Shown here: positions 48,602 to 58,688 of the stretch, one piece after another
Position numbering within the stretch: position 1 is the stretch's first letter
Layout of the letters: each line of letters starts with the position of its first letter
The notes under the pieces: model-generated
The model's database searches: none
The model's input: only the letters and a program-made list of their open reading frames with translations
What the model was told of the DNA's origin: nothing
Program-made: the position numbers and the translations under genes
Origin: Bacteroidota bacterium
Lineage (GTDB): Bacteria; Bacteroidota; Bacteroidia; Bacteroidales; VadinHA17
Assembly: GCA_029547705.1 (NCBI GenBank)
Contig: JAKPOU010000042.1
Span: 25,271-89,270, forward strand
Length of the DNA: 64,000 bases
Reading direction: 5' to 3'

Positions 48602-49492
48602 TCAGAAACTGATTATAAGATTGCGTATTTCCTCGATAAGCCATTTTGGTGTGGAGGTGGCCCCGCAAATTCCTGCGGATTTTTTCCCTTCAAACCATGA
48701 TCGTTCTATTTCCCCGGGGGAAGACACAAACCAGCTGTCGGGGTTGGCAGATTTGCAGACGGAATAGAGAAGTTTGCCGTTGGAACTGTCTTTCCCGCTT
48801 ACAAAAATTATAATGTCATGCTTCTGTGCAAAGGATCTCAGCTGTGATTCCCTTCCCGATACCTGGGCACATATGGTATTATGAACCTTCAGGTGACTGT
48901 CCGTATCAGTGATTCCGCTTTGTGCCATACTCTCCCGTATAAGCTCTGCTATCCTGTTGTATTCCTTAACACTCATGGTGGTCTGGGAGAAGAGCATGAC
49001 CGGTCTGCTGAAATCTATTCCGGAGAGATCCCCGGGGCCGGAAACAATAATGCCGTCATTGTTTATATGTCCGAGCAATCCGATTACCTCGGCATGGCCG
49101 GGCTTGCCGTATATCACAATCTGCCCCCCGTTCTCCCGTGACTTCAGCCATGTTTCCCTTATCCTTGCCTGAAGTTTTTTTACAATGGGACAGGTGGCAT
49201 CAATTACCGTAATATTGTTTTTTTCTGCTGTGCGGTATGTTTCAGGAGGTTCACCATGGGCCCTTATAAGCAGTTTGCTGTTTTTCAGGCTGTCCAGTTC
49301 TTTGTGGCTGATCATTTTTAGTCCGAGGGCAACAAGCCTGTTGATTTCCGCTTCATTATGAACAATCAGTCCGAGAGAATAAATCTCCTCACCGGCCCTG
49401 AGAGCCTTTTCTGCTATTTCAACAGCGTTGCGGACTCCGAAACAGAATCCCGAAAAATTGTCAGTTTCAACGATCATGCAGCTTTTCTTCAA
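48602..49492 (-). CDS. ispH: 4-hydroxy-3-methylbut-2-enyl diphosphate reductase
   Basis: Contains FCFGVRNAV, LIVHN, ATCPIV, HAEV and SSNGKLL. The start may be M6, and the gene overlaps the cmk end. Confidence 0.9.
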   Translation of the reverse strand: MKKSCMIVETDNFSGFCFGVRNAVEIAEKALRAGEEIYSLGLIVHNEAEINRLVALGLKMISHKELDSLKNSKLLIRAHGEPPETYRTAEKNNITVIDATCPIVKKLQARIRETWLKSRENGGQIVIYGKPGHAEVIGLLGHINNDGIIVSGPGDLSGIDFSRPVMLFSQTTMSVKEYNRIAELIRESMAQSGITDTDSHLKVHNTICAQVSGRESQLRSFAQKHDIIIFVSGKDSSNGKLLYSVCKSANPDSWFVSSPGEIERSWFEGKKSAGICGATSTPKWLIEEIRNLIISF

Positions 49493-50162
49493 TTAGTTTC
49501 CGAACCCATTCCATCTGTCCGGCGATACTCATTCTGCTGTTGTCGAGAATGACCGCGTCGCCGGCCCTGCGCAGCGGACTGATATCCCTGTTCTCGTCGG
49601 TGATATCCCTGGCAACGATATTGTTTCTTATTTCTTCGAAGCTGGCATCTATACCCTTGTTCTTAAGTTCTTCATATCTTCTTTTTGCCCTGATGTCGAC
49701 CGGGGCAGTCATGAATATCTTCAGATCGGCATCCGGAAACACCGTGGTGCCTATATCCCTTCCATCCATAACAATGCCCCTGTTTGCACCCATCTGTTTC
49801 TGAAGCTCCACCAGCCGTGTGCGGACCTCGCTTATTTTGCTAATTGCACTTACATGGGCCGAAACATCAAGTCCCCTGATCTCCTTTTCCACATTCTCCG
49901 AATTGAGATAAGTTTCACTCTCACCTGAATCGGGGTTATAGACGAATTCAATCCGGATCTCCTTCATCGCTTCCGCGATACCCTGAATATCGATCACATC
50001 CCTGCCGGCAAGGCCCTTTCTGATGCAGTACAGGGTTGCGGCCCTGTACATGGCTCCGCTGTCAATATATATATAACCCAGTTCTTTCGCTATTTCCCTG
50101 GCAAATGTGCTTTTGCCGCTGGAAGAGTAACCGTCGATGGCTATTGTGATTCTTTTGTCCAT
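49467..50162 (-). CDS. cmk: Cytidylate kinase
   Basis: Contains ITIAIDGYSSSGKST, DSGAMYRA, VMDGRDIGT and RRY.E. Confidence 0.9.
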   Translation of the reverse strand: MDKRITIAIDGYSSSGKSTFAREIAKELGYIYIDSGAMYRAATLYCIRKGLAGRDVIDIQGIAEAMKEIRIEFVYNPDSGESETYLNSENVEKEIRGLDVSAHVSAISKISEVRTRLVELQKQMGANRGIVMDGRDIGTTVFPDADLKIFMTAPVDIRAKRRYEELKNKGIDASFEEIRNNIVARDITDENRDISPLRRAGDAVILDNSRMSIAGQMEWVRKLIEEKLHDR

Positions 50163-51187
50163 AGTTTTTTATAAATCCTGTCTGTTTTGAGGATCAGTGA
50201 AACATGATTTGAAGATCCGGCAAGATGGTATGTTGCCCTTCCGAATTCAATGTTCATGGCGGAAGTTTTAATTCCGAAGCCCCATGAAAATCCTGCTGCC
50301 GAACTTCCTGATCCGGTTTTCAGTTCCCGTCTTCTCTGATAATTGTAGCCCGCAGCCAGGTAAAAATTCCTGTGGGGAATCATTTCCACCCCGAAAATTG
50401 CATGTCTCATCAGGTTTTCAAAAAAACCGGAATCCTGTGAGCTTTCCTCAGGATCATCATAGAGATGTGTGAGTTTGAATTTCTGAAGATGTCTGAGGGT
50501 CAGGGAGAATCTGAAAGGAGAGTGGGCCAGCTTCCGGCTAACTCCTGCCTGAATCTCAAAGGGGGGACTGAGGCGTTTTTCCCCTGCATACGTGGTAATC
50601 TGGACTCCCAGATTCCTGATGGCAAGACCTGCCGAGAAATGACCCGACTCACTGTGGTAGCTGCCCCCGATATCCATTGCCAGTCCGAAGGAACTGTACC
50701 TTTCAAGATGCGAAAGGACGGGCTTCAGATTTATTCCGGCATTGAAGCCCTCATGGATTTCCCGCGACCAGGCCAGGGAAAATGCATATTCCGATGCATA
50801 GAATTTTCCGGTAATGTTTCCGGAAGGGTCTGCTTCCGTAAATGATCCGTAATTCAGATAGCTTATTCCTGCGGCAAAGTCTCCTGCCCGAGGGACGGAA
50901 AGCGCGTACATAACCTGTCCGTAATTTATTCCGGCAAAATAACTGACAAAGCTCATTGCAAGCGACTTGTCCATTTCAGAGCTGAGAAGGGAGGGATTAT
51001 GGTAAACCAGATTCAGATTGTCTGCATAAATCGAAACATTTGTTCCCCCGAGGGATGATACAAGGCCGGAATGGGTAAGGTTCAGGAATTCATAAACATT
51101 GTCGCCGCCTGTTTGTGCACCTGAATTTATGGCCAGAATGCCTGTAAGGAAAATATACAAGATTCTTTTTCCCATGTTTTTATGCAA
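50141..51187 (-). CDS. porQ: T9SS PorQ/PorV-family outer-membrane beta-barrel
   Basis: Signal peptide followed by GGDNVYEFLNLTHSGLVSSLGG..NPSLL. It is directly upstream of cmk. The family call is from memory of the N-terminal signature. Confidence 0.6.
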   Translation of the reverse strand: MHKNMGKRILYIFLTGILAINSGAQTGGDNVYEFLNLTHSGLVSSLGGTNVSIYADNLNLVYHNPSLLSSEMDKSLAMSFVSYFAGINYGQVMYALSVPRAGDFAAGISYLNYGSFTEADPSGNITGKFYASEYAFSLAWSREIHEGFNAGINLKPVLSHLERYSSFGLAMDIGGSYHSESGHFSAGLAIRNLGVQITTYAGEKRLSPPFEIQAGVSRKLAHSPFRFSLTLRHLQKFKLTHLYDDPEESSQDSGFFENLMRHAIFGVEMIPHRNFYLAAGYNYQRRRELKTGSGSSAAGFSWGFGIKTSAMNIEFGRATYHLAGSSNHVSLILKTDRIYKKLWTKESQ

Positions 51188-51252
51188 TGGTCAAAGATAG
51201 AAAGAATCTGAATACGGGAAAACGTAATATGATAAGTGAAACAGAGCATCGC

Positions 51253-52176
51253 TCAGGCTGTTTTGCCTGTCAGCACCTTTACCTCCCCGCTTTTGCCCGA
51301 ACGGCCGTTATACTGCGACATGAAAAGTCCGGTTATAACTATTGCCATTCCTGAAATGTTCTGAAGGGTCAGTATGTCGCCCAGTATGAAGAATGAGAAT
51401 ACTGCCGTGAACAGCGGGATGCAATTGGTAAACACGTTAGCCTTTGTTACTCCCATTTGTCTTACCGCGTAGGCGAACAGTATAAAGGCACCGCAGGAGG
51501 CAAACACCGCCAGCTTGGCAACAGGCATCAGGGCTTTTGCCTGAAAGGGTGTGCTGATGAAATGATCCAGATCGGATATGAGGAACAGCGGCAGAAAGAG
51601 CAGGGCGCCTATCATATTCTGTATGTTGACAATGCTTATTGGATCATAGGAACCGACAAGCCGGCTGAGTGTCAGGTTATATCCCACTGCCGAAAATACT
51701 GCGAAGGTCATCAGGAGAATCCCCCTGATATTGAATGAGAGTGAACCGTCGCGGTTAAGGAGAAAAACCAGTATTCCGATGAAAGACACTATGATCCCTG
51801 TATAATTGACAGGCTTAAGCTTTTCCCCGAACAATACCCAGGCTCCGGTCGCTGCAAAGACAGGAATAGTTGAAATTATAACAGAGCCGGTTGTTGCATT
51901 TACATAAGTGAGGCCGAAACTTTCACCCAGAAAATAAAAAAACGGCTCAAACACTGCAAGGAGGATGAAGAGCTTCCTGTCTTCCCTTTTTATCCTGATA
52001 CGGCTCCGGCTTAAGGATATGAAAATGTTGAGGAGTATTACGGATATTACCAGGCGGATAAAAACGATTGTCAGCGGCCGGTAAGTTTCATTGGCAACCT
52101 TGAACCAGATGAAGGAAAAGGCCCAGAACACCATGGAAAGTGTGACAGTACCATATCTGAATATAAAATCTCTCAT
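51253..52176 (-). CDS. EamA/DMT-family transporter
   Basis: 307 aa with ten TM helices arranged as two EamA repeats. Confidence 0.8.
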   Translation of the reverse strand: MRDFIFRYGTVTLSMVFWAFSFIWFKVANETYRPLTIVFIRLVISVILLNIFISLSRSRIRIKREDRKLFILLAVFEPFFYFLGESFGLTYVNATTGSVIISTIPVFAATGAWVLFGEKLKPVNYTGIIVSFIGILVFLLNRDGSLSFNIRGILLMTFAVFSAVGYNLTLSRLVGSYDPISIVNIQNMIGALLFLPLFLISDLDHFISTPFQAKALMPVAKLAVFASCGAFILFAYAVRQMGVTKANVFTNCIPLFTAVFSFFILGDILTLQNISGMAIVITGLFMSQYNGRSGKSGEVKVLTGKTA

Positions 52177-52245
52177 TTCAGCCGGCCGGAGACAGTTTTT
52201 CCGGCGGGGCGAATTTAAACGATATTATTCAATTAACAGTATCCT

Positions 52246-52351
52246 TCCCCGGTAAAGCAGTGCCAGCCCTCCCTCCCGGTAAAGCCTTATCAGTTCTCCT
52301 CCCGGCAAAGCCTCATCAGTTCTCCTCCCGGCAAAGCTGCATCAGTTTCAC
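52246..52351. repeat. Non-coding tandem repeat, 4 units of 26-28 bp
   Basis: Units are tccccggtaaagcagtgccagccctccc, tcccggtaaagccttatcagttctcc, tcccggcaaagcctcatcagttctcc and tcccggcaaagctgcatcagtttcac. The unit length is not a multiple of 3. The array lies in the divergent promoter region between eamA and etfB. Confidence 0.85.
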
Positions 52352-52609
52352 AGCGAAACCGTGACAGACCGGACTGAAGCCGGCTGCAATTCGACCAGGG
52401 GAAATTCCGTTGATATATTTTCTGTACAATAAAATGTAATTCAATAGATTAATATTAGTCTGGCTTTCGAATTGTTTTTTAAAATTACTTTTCTGCAGGT
52501 TTGAATGTGAATCATAAATTATTATATTTGCCGCCTCTGACATGATAAACGGAATCCGTATTTTATATAATATATTGGTTATTAATAATATAATTATTAG
52601 AAGAATAAA

Positions 52610-53359
52610 ATGAAAATTCTGGTTTGCATCAGCAATGTTCCCGATACCACTACAAAAATCAGATTTACCGAGGGGAACACTTCAGTTGACACTTCAGGCA
52701 TCCAGTGGGTTATCAATCCCTGGGATGAGCTGTCCCTGACGCGTGCCCTTGAACTGAGGGATGACCCGTCCAGCGGGGTTAAGTCCGTTACAGTTATCCA
52801 TTCGGGACCGGCCTCTGCTGAGCCCGTCATACGGAAAGCTCTTGCCATCGGGGCTGATGATGCGGTGAGAATTGATTCACCCTCCGGTGATGCATACAGT
52901 GTGGCGGCAGGAATAGCGGAAGTTGTCCGCAAGGAACAGTATGACATTATCCTGTGCGGGGTGGAGTCAAGTGATTACAACGGATCGATGGTTGGGGGAA
53001 TGATAGCTGAATTCCTTGAAATACCTTCCGTGTCAGGTATTTCGGAGTTAAAGGCAGAAGGCGGGAATGTGACCATCACACGGGAGACTGACGGCGGAAA
53101 GGAAATTGTGAGCGTTCCTTTGCCCTTTACCGGGATTGTACAGAAAGGCATAGCGAAGGAACCCAGAATTGCTGCAATGCGGGGAATAATGATGGCCCGG
53201 AGCAAGCAGATCAGGGTTTATGAGCCCGGGCCGGAGGAAGCTCTTACCGGAATAGAAGTCTTTGAAAAACCCCCTGCCAGGGGAGCGTGTAAATTTATTG
53301 ATCCCGATAATCCGGAACAGCTCATTGATCTGCTTCAGAACGAGGCAAAAGTCATTTAA
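52610..53359 (+). CDS. etfB: Electron transfer flavoprotein beta subunit
   Basis: Contains MKILVCISNVPDTTTKI and NPWDELSLTRALEL. Confidence 0.9.
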   Translation: MKILVCISNVPDTTTKIRFTEGNTSVDTSGIQWVINPWDELSLTRALELRDDPSSGVKSVTVIHSGPASAEPVIRKALAIGADDAVRIDSPSGDAYSVAAGIAEVVRKEQYDIILCGVESSDYNGSMVGGMIAEFLEIPSVSGISELKAEGGNVTITRETDGGKEIVSVPLPFTGIVQKGIAKEPRIAAMRGIMMARSKQIRVYEPGPEEALTGIEVFEKPPARGACKFIDPDNPEQLIDLLQNEAKVI

Positions 53360-53386
53360 ACGGGAATATAAATAATCCAAATATAT

Positions 53387-54349
53387 ATGTCAGTTCTTGT
53401 ATATACTGAAAACCAGGACGGGAGATTCAAGAAGCATATTTTTGAACTGGTCTCCTATGCATCGGAAACGGCAAAAATGCTGAATTGCTCTGTTACTGCC
53501 CTGTCAACCGGAAAAGTTGAGGAATCCGAATTGATGAAGCTGGGGAACTACGGAGCCGGCCGGATAATATCGGTGGAAAACAGCCTTCCCTCAGGCCTTG
53601 ACAACAGGGCCTATTCATATGTTGTATCCGAAGTTGCCGGTAAAACAGGTGCCACAGTGATCATTCTCTCCGACAACAACACCGGCAAGGCCATTGCACC
53701 CGGCCTGTCTGTCAGGCTTAAGGCTGCCGTCGGATCCGGAGTGAGCCGCTTGCCGCTATCAACGGAGCCTTTCGTTGTCTATAAAAGGACATTCTCCGGC
53801 AATGCATATGCACATGTCGTCCTGAAAACCCCGGTCAGGATCATCACCCTTGCCCGGAACTCGTTTTCCTCTATTGAATCAGCCGGCAATCCTTCCATTG
53901 AGAAAATGGAAATCCCGGTTGACGGGGCGCTTGTCACGACTACCATAAAGGAGGTGATCAGACAATCAGGAAGGATGCAGCTGTCTGATGCCGACATTGT
54001 GGTATCGGGCGGAAGGGGAATGAAATCGCCGGATAACTGGGCCCCGCTGCTGGAACTGGCCGAAAGCCTGGGAGCAGCGACCGCTTGTTCAAGACCTGTG
54101 TCGGATGAGGGCTGGAGACCGCATGAGGAGCATGCCGGACAAACCGGGAAAATCATTGCGCCCAACCTGTATATTGCCGTTGGCATTTCCGGGGCAACAC
54201 AGCACCTGGCCGGTGTCAGTTCCTCCAAATATATAGTCGCGATCAATACCGACAAGGACGCTCCCATATTTGAAGCTGCACAATACGGCATAGTAGGTGA
54301 TGCAATGAAAATTCTCCCGAAACTGGCAGAAACAATTAAAAAGAGATAA
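53387..54349 (+). CDS. etfA: Electron transfer flavoprotein alpha subunit
   Basis: The C-terminal FAD segment reads VVSGGRGM..CSRPVSDEGW..QTGKIIAPNLYIAVGISGATQH. Confidence 0.9.
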   Translation: MSVLVYTENQDGRFKKHIFELVSYASETAKMLNCSVTALSTGKVEESELMKLGNYGAGRIISVENSLPSGLDNRAYSYVVSEVAGKTGATVIILSDNNTGKAIAPGLSVRLKAAVGSGVSRLPLSTEPFVVYKRTFSGNAYAHVVLKTPVRIITLARNSFSSIESAGNPSIEKMEIPVDGALVTTTIKEVIRQSGRMQLSDADIVVSGGRGMKSPDNWAPLLELAESLGAATACSRPVSDEGWRPHEEHAGQTGKIIAPNLYIAVGISGATQHLAGVSSSKYIVAINTDKDAPIFEAAQYGIVGDAMKILPKLAETIKKR

Positions 54350-54428
54350 AAAACGGATTTTACAGATTCCGCAGGTTTTACAGATGTTTTCCTGTTATTC
54401 TGAATATCCGCAGTACTGATATTCGCTT

Positions 54429-56516
54429 ATGGTTCGTCAGATTATTTTCGCAATAAGCCTTCTGATAACGATTGCTGTCTTTTCCTGGACTGCCGGCAGG
54501 ATTATCAGCTATTTCAGGCTTACAAAACCCGGCTACAAGGTTCAGAATCCCGGAAAAAGATTTTTGCTGATGATGAAGGTTGCCTTCGGGCAGACCAAAA
54601 TCTTCAGGCAGCCCCTGACAGGATTGCTGCATGCACTGGTGTTCTGGGGCTTCTGCATAATTATCTTCGGAAGCATTGAAATGGTCATTGACGGGCTTTC
54701 AGGAAGTGAAAAAGCCCTGAAAGTCCTGGGGCCGCTGCATGATTTCCTGATGGCTGCAGGTGATGTTTTTGCTGTAATGGTGGCAGTGTCGGTAATAGTT
54801 TTCCTGATCCGGCGGATCTTTATGCATATCCCGAGGTTTGAAGGCACGGAGATGAAAAGGCGCTCACACAGGGATGCAAATATTTCCCTTTCACTGATAC
54901 TGTTGCTGATGCTCTCTCTTATTGCCATGAATACGGGTTATACCGGCATGAAAAGGCTGTCGGGCGAAGAGATTGCAGGTGTTTATCCCGTGAGCTGGTT
55001 TCTTTCCGGCCTTTTCCCGGCCGGAAGGACGGAAACATTCCGGATCATTCATGAGATATCGTGGTGGACGCATATCCTGCTTATTTTCTTTTTTGCAAAT
55101 TACCTTCCATGGTCAAAGCATTTCCATGTATTCCTGTCGGTACCGAATGTCTTCCTTTCCAGGCTTGAGCCCCGGGGCAAGCTGTCAAACATGGACAGTA
55201 TCACCAGGGAGGTCAGGCTGATGATGGACCCTGAAACGGCCTTTGCCGCAACATCCCCCGACACTGTGCCGGAACGTTTTGGAGTCAGGGATGCTGAGGA
55301 TGTTACCTGGAAAAATTACTTTGATTCCCTTTCGTGTACGGAATGCGGCAGATGTACTTCCGTATGTCCGGCAAATATTACCGGCAAGATGCTGTCGCCC
55401 AGAAAGGTGATGATGGATCTCCGGGCCAGGATGAAGGAAAAGGGTCCCATGATGATAAGAAACGGGAAGGACTACAACGATAACAGATCTCTCGTGAGGG
55501 ATTATATCAGCGGGGAGGAACTGTGGGCATGCACAACATGCAATGCATGTGCAACGGAATGTCCGGTGAATATTGACCAGCCTTCGCTGATAGTGGACAT
55601 GCGCAGGTATCTTGTTCTGGAAGAAGCATCTGCCCCGGGCGAACTGAAGGCGGTATTCAGCAATATCGAGAATAACGGAGCTCCGTGGCAGTATTCAGCG
55701 GAAGACAGGCTTAACTGGAGCAATGGCCTTGATTTTAAAGTGCCGGTAATGGCAGATCTTCATGCAGGGAATGAGAAGCCGGAATACCTTTTCTGGGTGG
55801 GTTGTGCAGGCGCGTTTGACGACAGGTACAAGAAAGTTGCCAGGGCTTTTGCAACTATACTGAATCATCTGAATGTAAGCTATGCCGTTCTGGGCAGGGA
55901 GGAAACATGTACGGGCGATCCCGCAAGGCGTGCCGGAAATGAAATGCTTTTCCAGATGCAGGCACTGCAGGTGATCAGCCTGCTCAGGGATTACGGCGTA
56001 AGAAGGATAATCACCATCTGCCCGCATTGCTACAACACTTTCAGGAATGAATATCCCGATCTGGGCGGAAATTTTGAGGTTATAAGCTATCTCGGATTCA
56101 TCCGCAGGCACATTGATGAAGGACGGCTTGTTCCCGCGTCCGGCAGAGCTGACGGGAGAGCTGTGGTCACCTATCATGATCCCTGCTACCTGGGCAGGGC
56201 CAATGGTCTGTATGATGATCCGCGCATAATACTTCAGAAGCTGGGCAATGACATTGAGGAGATGGGCCGTAACCGAAGCCGTGCACTGTGTTGTGGCGCC
56301 GGGGGGGCACAGATGTTTAAGGAAGCCGAAAAAGGGAAAAAGGAAATCTTCATTGAACGGACGGAGGAAGCTCTCCGGACCGGGGCTCCCGTAATTGCAA
56401 GCGCATGCCCGTTCTGTATGACCATGATCACAGACGGACTGAAATATAAAAACAGGGAGGATGAGATAAAAAACCTGGACATAGCGGAACTGGTCGCACA
56501 GTCGCTCGGATACTGA
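54429..56516 (+). CDS. Membrane-anchored (Fe-S)-binding oxidoreductase with two CCG domains (HdrD/GlpC-like; candidate Etf:menaquinone oxidoreductase)
   Basis: The N-terminal ~230 aa form about 6 TM helices. Two ferredoxin motifs follow (CTECGRCTSVCP, CTTCNACATECP), then Cys-rich CCG repeats (CPHCYNTF; CCGAGG..CPFCMTM). Confidence 0.75.
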   Translation: MVRQIIFAISLLITIAVFSWTAGRIISYFRLTKPGYKVQNPGKRFLLMMKVAFGQTKIFRQPLTGLLHALVFWGFCIIIFGSIEMVIDGLSGSEKALKVLGPLHDFLMAAGDVFAVMVAVSVIVFLIRRIFMHIPRFEGTEMKRRSHRDANISLSLILLLMLSLIAMNTGYTGMKRLSGEEIAGVYPVSWFLSGLFPAGRTETFRIIHEISWWTHILLIFFFANYLPWSKHFHVFLSVPNVFLSRLEPRGKLSNMDSITREVRLMMDPETAFAATSPDTVPERFGVRDAEDVTWKNYFDSLSCTECGRCTSVCPANITGKMLSPRKVMMDLRARMKEKGPMMIRNGKDYNDNRSLVRDYISGEELWACTTCNACATECPVNIDQPSLIVDMRRYLVLEEASAPGELKAVFSNIENNGAPWQYSAEDRLNWSNGLDFKVPVMADLHAGNEKPEYLFWVGCAGAFDDRYKKVARAFATILNHLNVSYAVLGREETCTGDPARRAGNEMLFQMQALQVISLLRDYGVRRIITICPHCYNTFRNEYPDLGGNFEVISYLGFIRRHIDEGRLVPASGRADGRAVVTYHDPCYLGRANGLYDDPRIILQKLGNDIEEMGRNRSRALCCGAGGAQMFKEAEKGKKEIFIERTEEALRTGAPVIASACPFCMTMITDGLKYKNREDEIKNLDIAELVAQSLGY

Positions 56517-56616
56517 TTGTGCTGCGGACCGGTTTCACGGAATAGCCGGGCAGTCCCGGGGGTAAACTGAATTAAATCCTGCATTCCGGAGGAAATGCAA
56601 CAAAAAATAATCAATA

Positions 56617-58395
56617 ATGGAAATCAAGAAAAATCTTAAGAGCGGTGAGTTTCTTGTGGCTGATACAGATGCCGCAGATGTGTTCATACCGGAAGAATTC
56701 AATGAGGAACAGCTGATGATTGCCCAGTCGTGCCGCGATTTTCTCGCTATGGAGGTCAGTCCTCAGATGGCTGAGCTTGAGAAAGGCAACCGGGAACTGA
56801 TGAAAAGCATACTCAAGAAATCAGGAGAACTCGGACTGATGGGTGTTTCGATACCGGAGGAGTTCGGAGGATTCGGACAGTCATTTGTTACCCAGATGCT
56901 TGTTGCAGAAGCCAGCGGGGCGGGATATTCATTCTCAGTTGCCTTTATGGCGCACTGCGGTATCGGGACACTCCCCATACTCTATTACGGCAACAGGGAA
57001 CAGCGGGAAAAATATGTTCCGAAGCTTGCCAGCGGTGAGCTTATCGGATCCTATTGCCTTACCGAACCCGGGGCCGGAAGCGATGCCAATGCCGGAAAAA
57101 CATCTGCCACACTGTCTGAAGACGGTAAATATTATATACTGAACGGACAGAAGATGTGGATAACAAATGCAGGATTTGCCGACATTCAGATTGTGTTCGC
57201 CAAGATAGACAATGACCGTGTTCTGAGTGCTTTCATTGTTGAAAGCAGTTATCCCGGCGTGGTTATCGGACCGGATGAACAGAAAATGGGTATAAAGGGT
57301 TCGTCAACCTGCCAGATTTATTACAATGATGTAAAGGTTCCGGTGGAAAACCTTCTCGGGAAAAGGGGAGAGGGCTTTCGCATAGCCCTGAATATCCTGC
57401 ATATGGGCCGTATAAAGCTTGGGGCAAATGTTCTCGGCAGTGCCAAGAAGGCCATAGAGGACTCGGTAAGATATGCAAATGAAAGGAAACAGTTCGGTGT
57501 TTTGATCTCATCATTCGGGGCAATCAAGCATAAACTGGCCGAACAGGTGATCAGGCTCTTTACCTGCGAATCTGCCGTGTACCGTGTAAGCAGGGATATT
57601 GATGACCTGACAGATACGCTCCTGGCAGACTGCGGTGATACGGGACGTGCGTCAATTGAGGCAATAGGCCATTATGCGGTGGAAGCTGCGATCCTGAAGG
57701 TTGCAGGTTCGGAAATGCTCGATTATGTTTCGGACGAGGCTGTGCAGATATACGGAGGAATGGGTTATTCGGCAGAGACGGATGTTGAGAGGTCTTACCG
57801 TGATTCCCGTATCAACAGGATCTTTGAGGGGACAAATGAAATCAACAGGCTTCTTGTTTCCGATACCGCAATGAAACGGGCAATGAAGGGCGATTTCGAC
57901 CTCTTCGGCAAGGCAGCCGGCCTGTACGCCGGGCTTGATAACCTGCTGGAAACAATGGCAGAAGGCGATGACTATTACGGTGAAAAATCCACATACACAG
58001 GGAATTTCAAAAAAGCCATACTCATATGTATTCACGGTGCCGTTGAGCGGTATGGAAGAACACTTGTACATCAGCAGGAAGTACTGAACAATATTGCCGA
58101 CATGATCATTGAAACCTATTTGTCCGAATCCCTGAGACTCAGGGTTCAGAAACTGGAATCGCTGAAAAGTGACCTGACGGTTTACAGGGATATACTGGAT
58201 GTCAATATTTATGATGCCGCCAGCAGGATACGCAAATCGGCACACGACGCCATATATGCCTTTGCAGAGGAAGGGCAGGCAGAAAACCTTGTAAGAGCTG
58301 CCGATACACTGACCGCGGTAAGAGGTGTGAATGTCAAATCGGCAAGAAGAAGAATCGCTGACAAGCTGATTGAGGACAATGCCTATAAATTCTGA
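56617..58395 (+). CDS. Acyl-CoA dehydrogenase (long form with C-terminal extension)
   Basis: Contains CLTEPGAGSDA, KMWITNA and QIYGGMGYS..ERSYRDSRINRIFEGTNEI. Confidence 0.9.
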   Translation: MEIKKNLKSGEFLVADTDAADVFIPEEFNEEQLMIAQSCRDFLAMEVSPQMAELEKGNRELMKSILKKSGELGLMGVSIPEEFGGFGQSFVTQMLVAEASGAGYSFSVAFMAHCGIGTLPILYYGNREQREKYVPKLASGELIGSYCLTEPGAGSDANAGKTSATLSEDGKYYILNGQKMWITNAGFADIQIVFAKIDNDRVLSAFIVESSYPGVVIGPDEQKMGIKGSSTCQIYYNDVKVPVENLLGKRGEGFRIALNILHMGRIKLGANVLGSAKKAIEDSVRYANERKQFGVLISSFGAIKHKLAEQVIRLFTCESAVYRVSRDIDDLTDTLLADCGDTGRASIEAIGHYAVEAAILKVAGSEMLDYVSDEAVQIYGGMGYSAETDVERSYRDSRINRIFEGTNEINRLLVSDTAMKRAMKGDFDLFGKAAGLYAGLDNLLETMAEGDDYYGEKSTYTGNFKKAILICIHGAVERYGRTLVHQQEVLNNIADMIIETYLSESLRLRVQKLESLKSDLTVYRDILDVNIYDAASRIRKSAHDAIYAFAEEGQAENLVRAADTLTAVRGVNVKSARRRIADKLIEDNAYKF

Positions 58396-58688
58396 CAGAA
58401 GCCCTGTACCAGCCGGTAACCGTCATGCAGCAGTTCTGAAAAATTCTGAAACACCCCGCCGGACGCAGTTCCGCACCGGGGACTGCTCTGCCGGAGCATG
58501 CCCTGAACGGAAAGGGGCCAGGTTGCGTTTAGCAGACCTGTAACAATCAGAGAAACTGGATTATAAAAGAACGTTTCTCCCTAATATCACAATTTACAGT
58601 GACCTAAATCAGTTTCCAACATGACAAACAGCATGTAGTCATGATATAAAATCAGGCTGGTATTTTATCGTTAATATATACTGACGGG

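Noticed and set aside
52246-52351. A hammerhead-ribozyme-like core. On the minus strand the repeat units read ..CUGAUGAGGCUUUGCCGGGAGGAGAAC.., that is CUGAUGA followed by a GGC-UUU-GCC hairpin.
   Set aside because: The segment after the hairpin is GGGAGGAGAAC rather than the required GAAA junction. No helix I/III pairing or cleavage-site triplet can be drawn. The other units mutate the CUGAUGA core (CUGAUAA, CUGAUGC). The partial similarity to CTGTATGAGG in the 819-903 repeat is also too short to mean anything.
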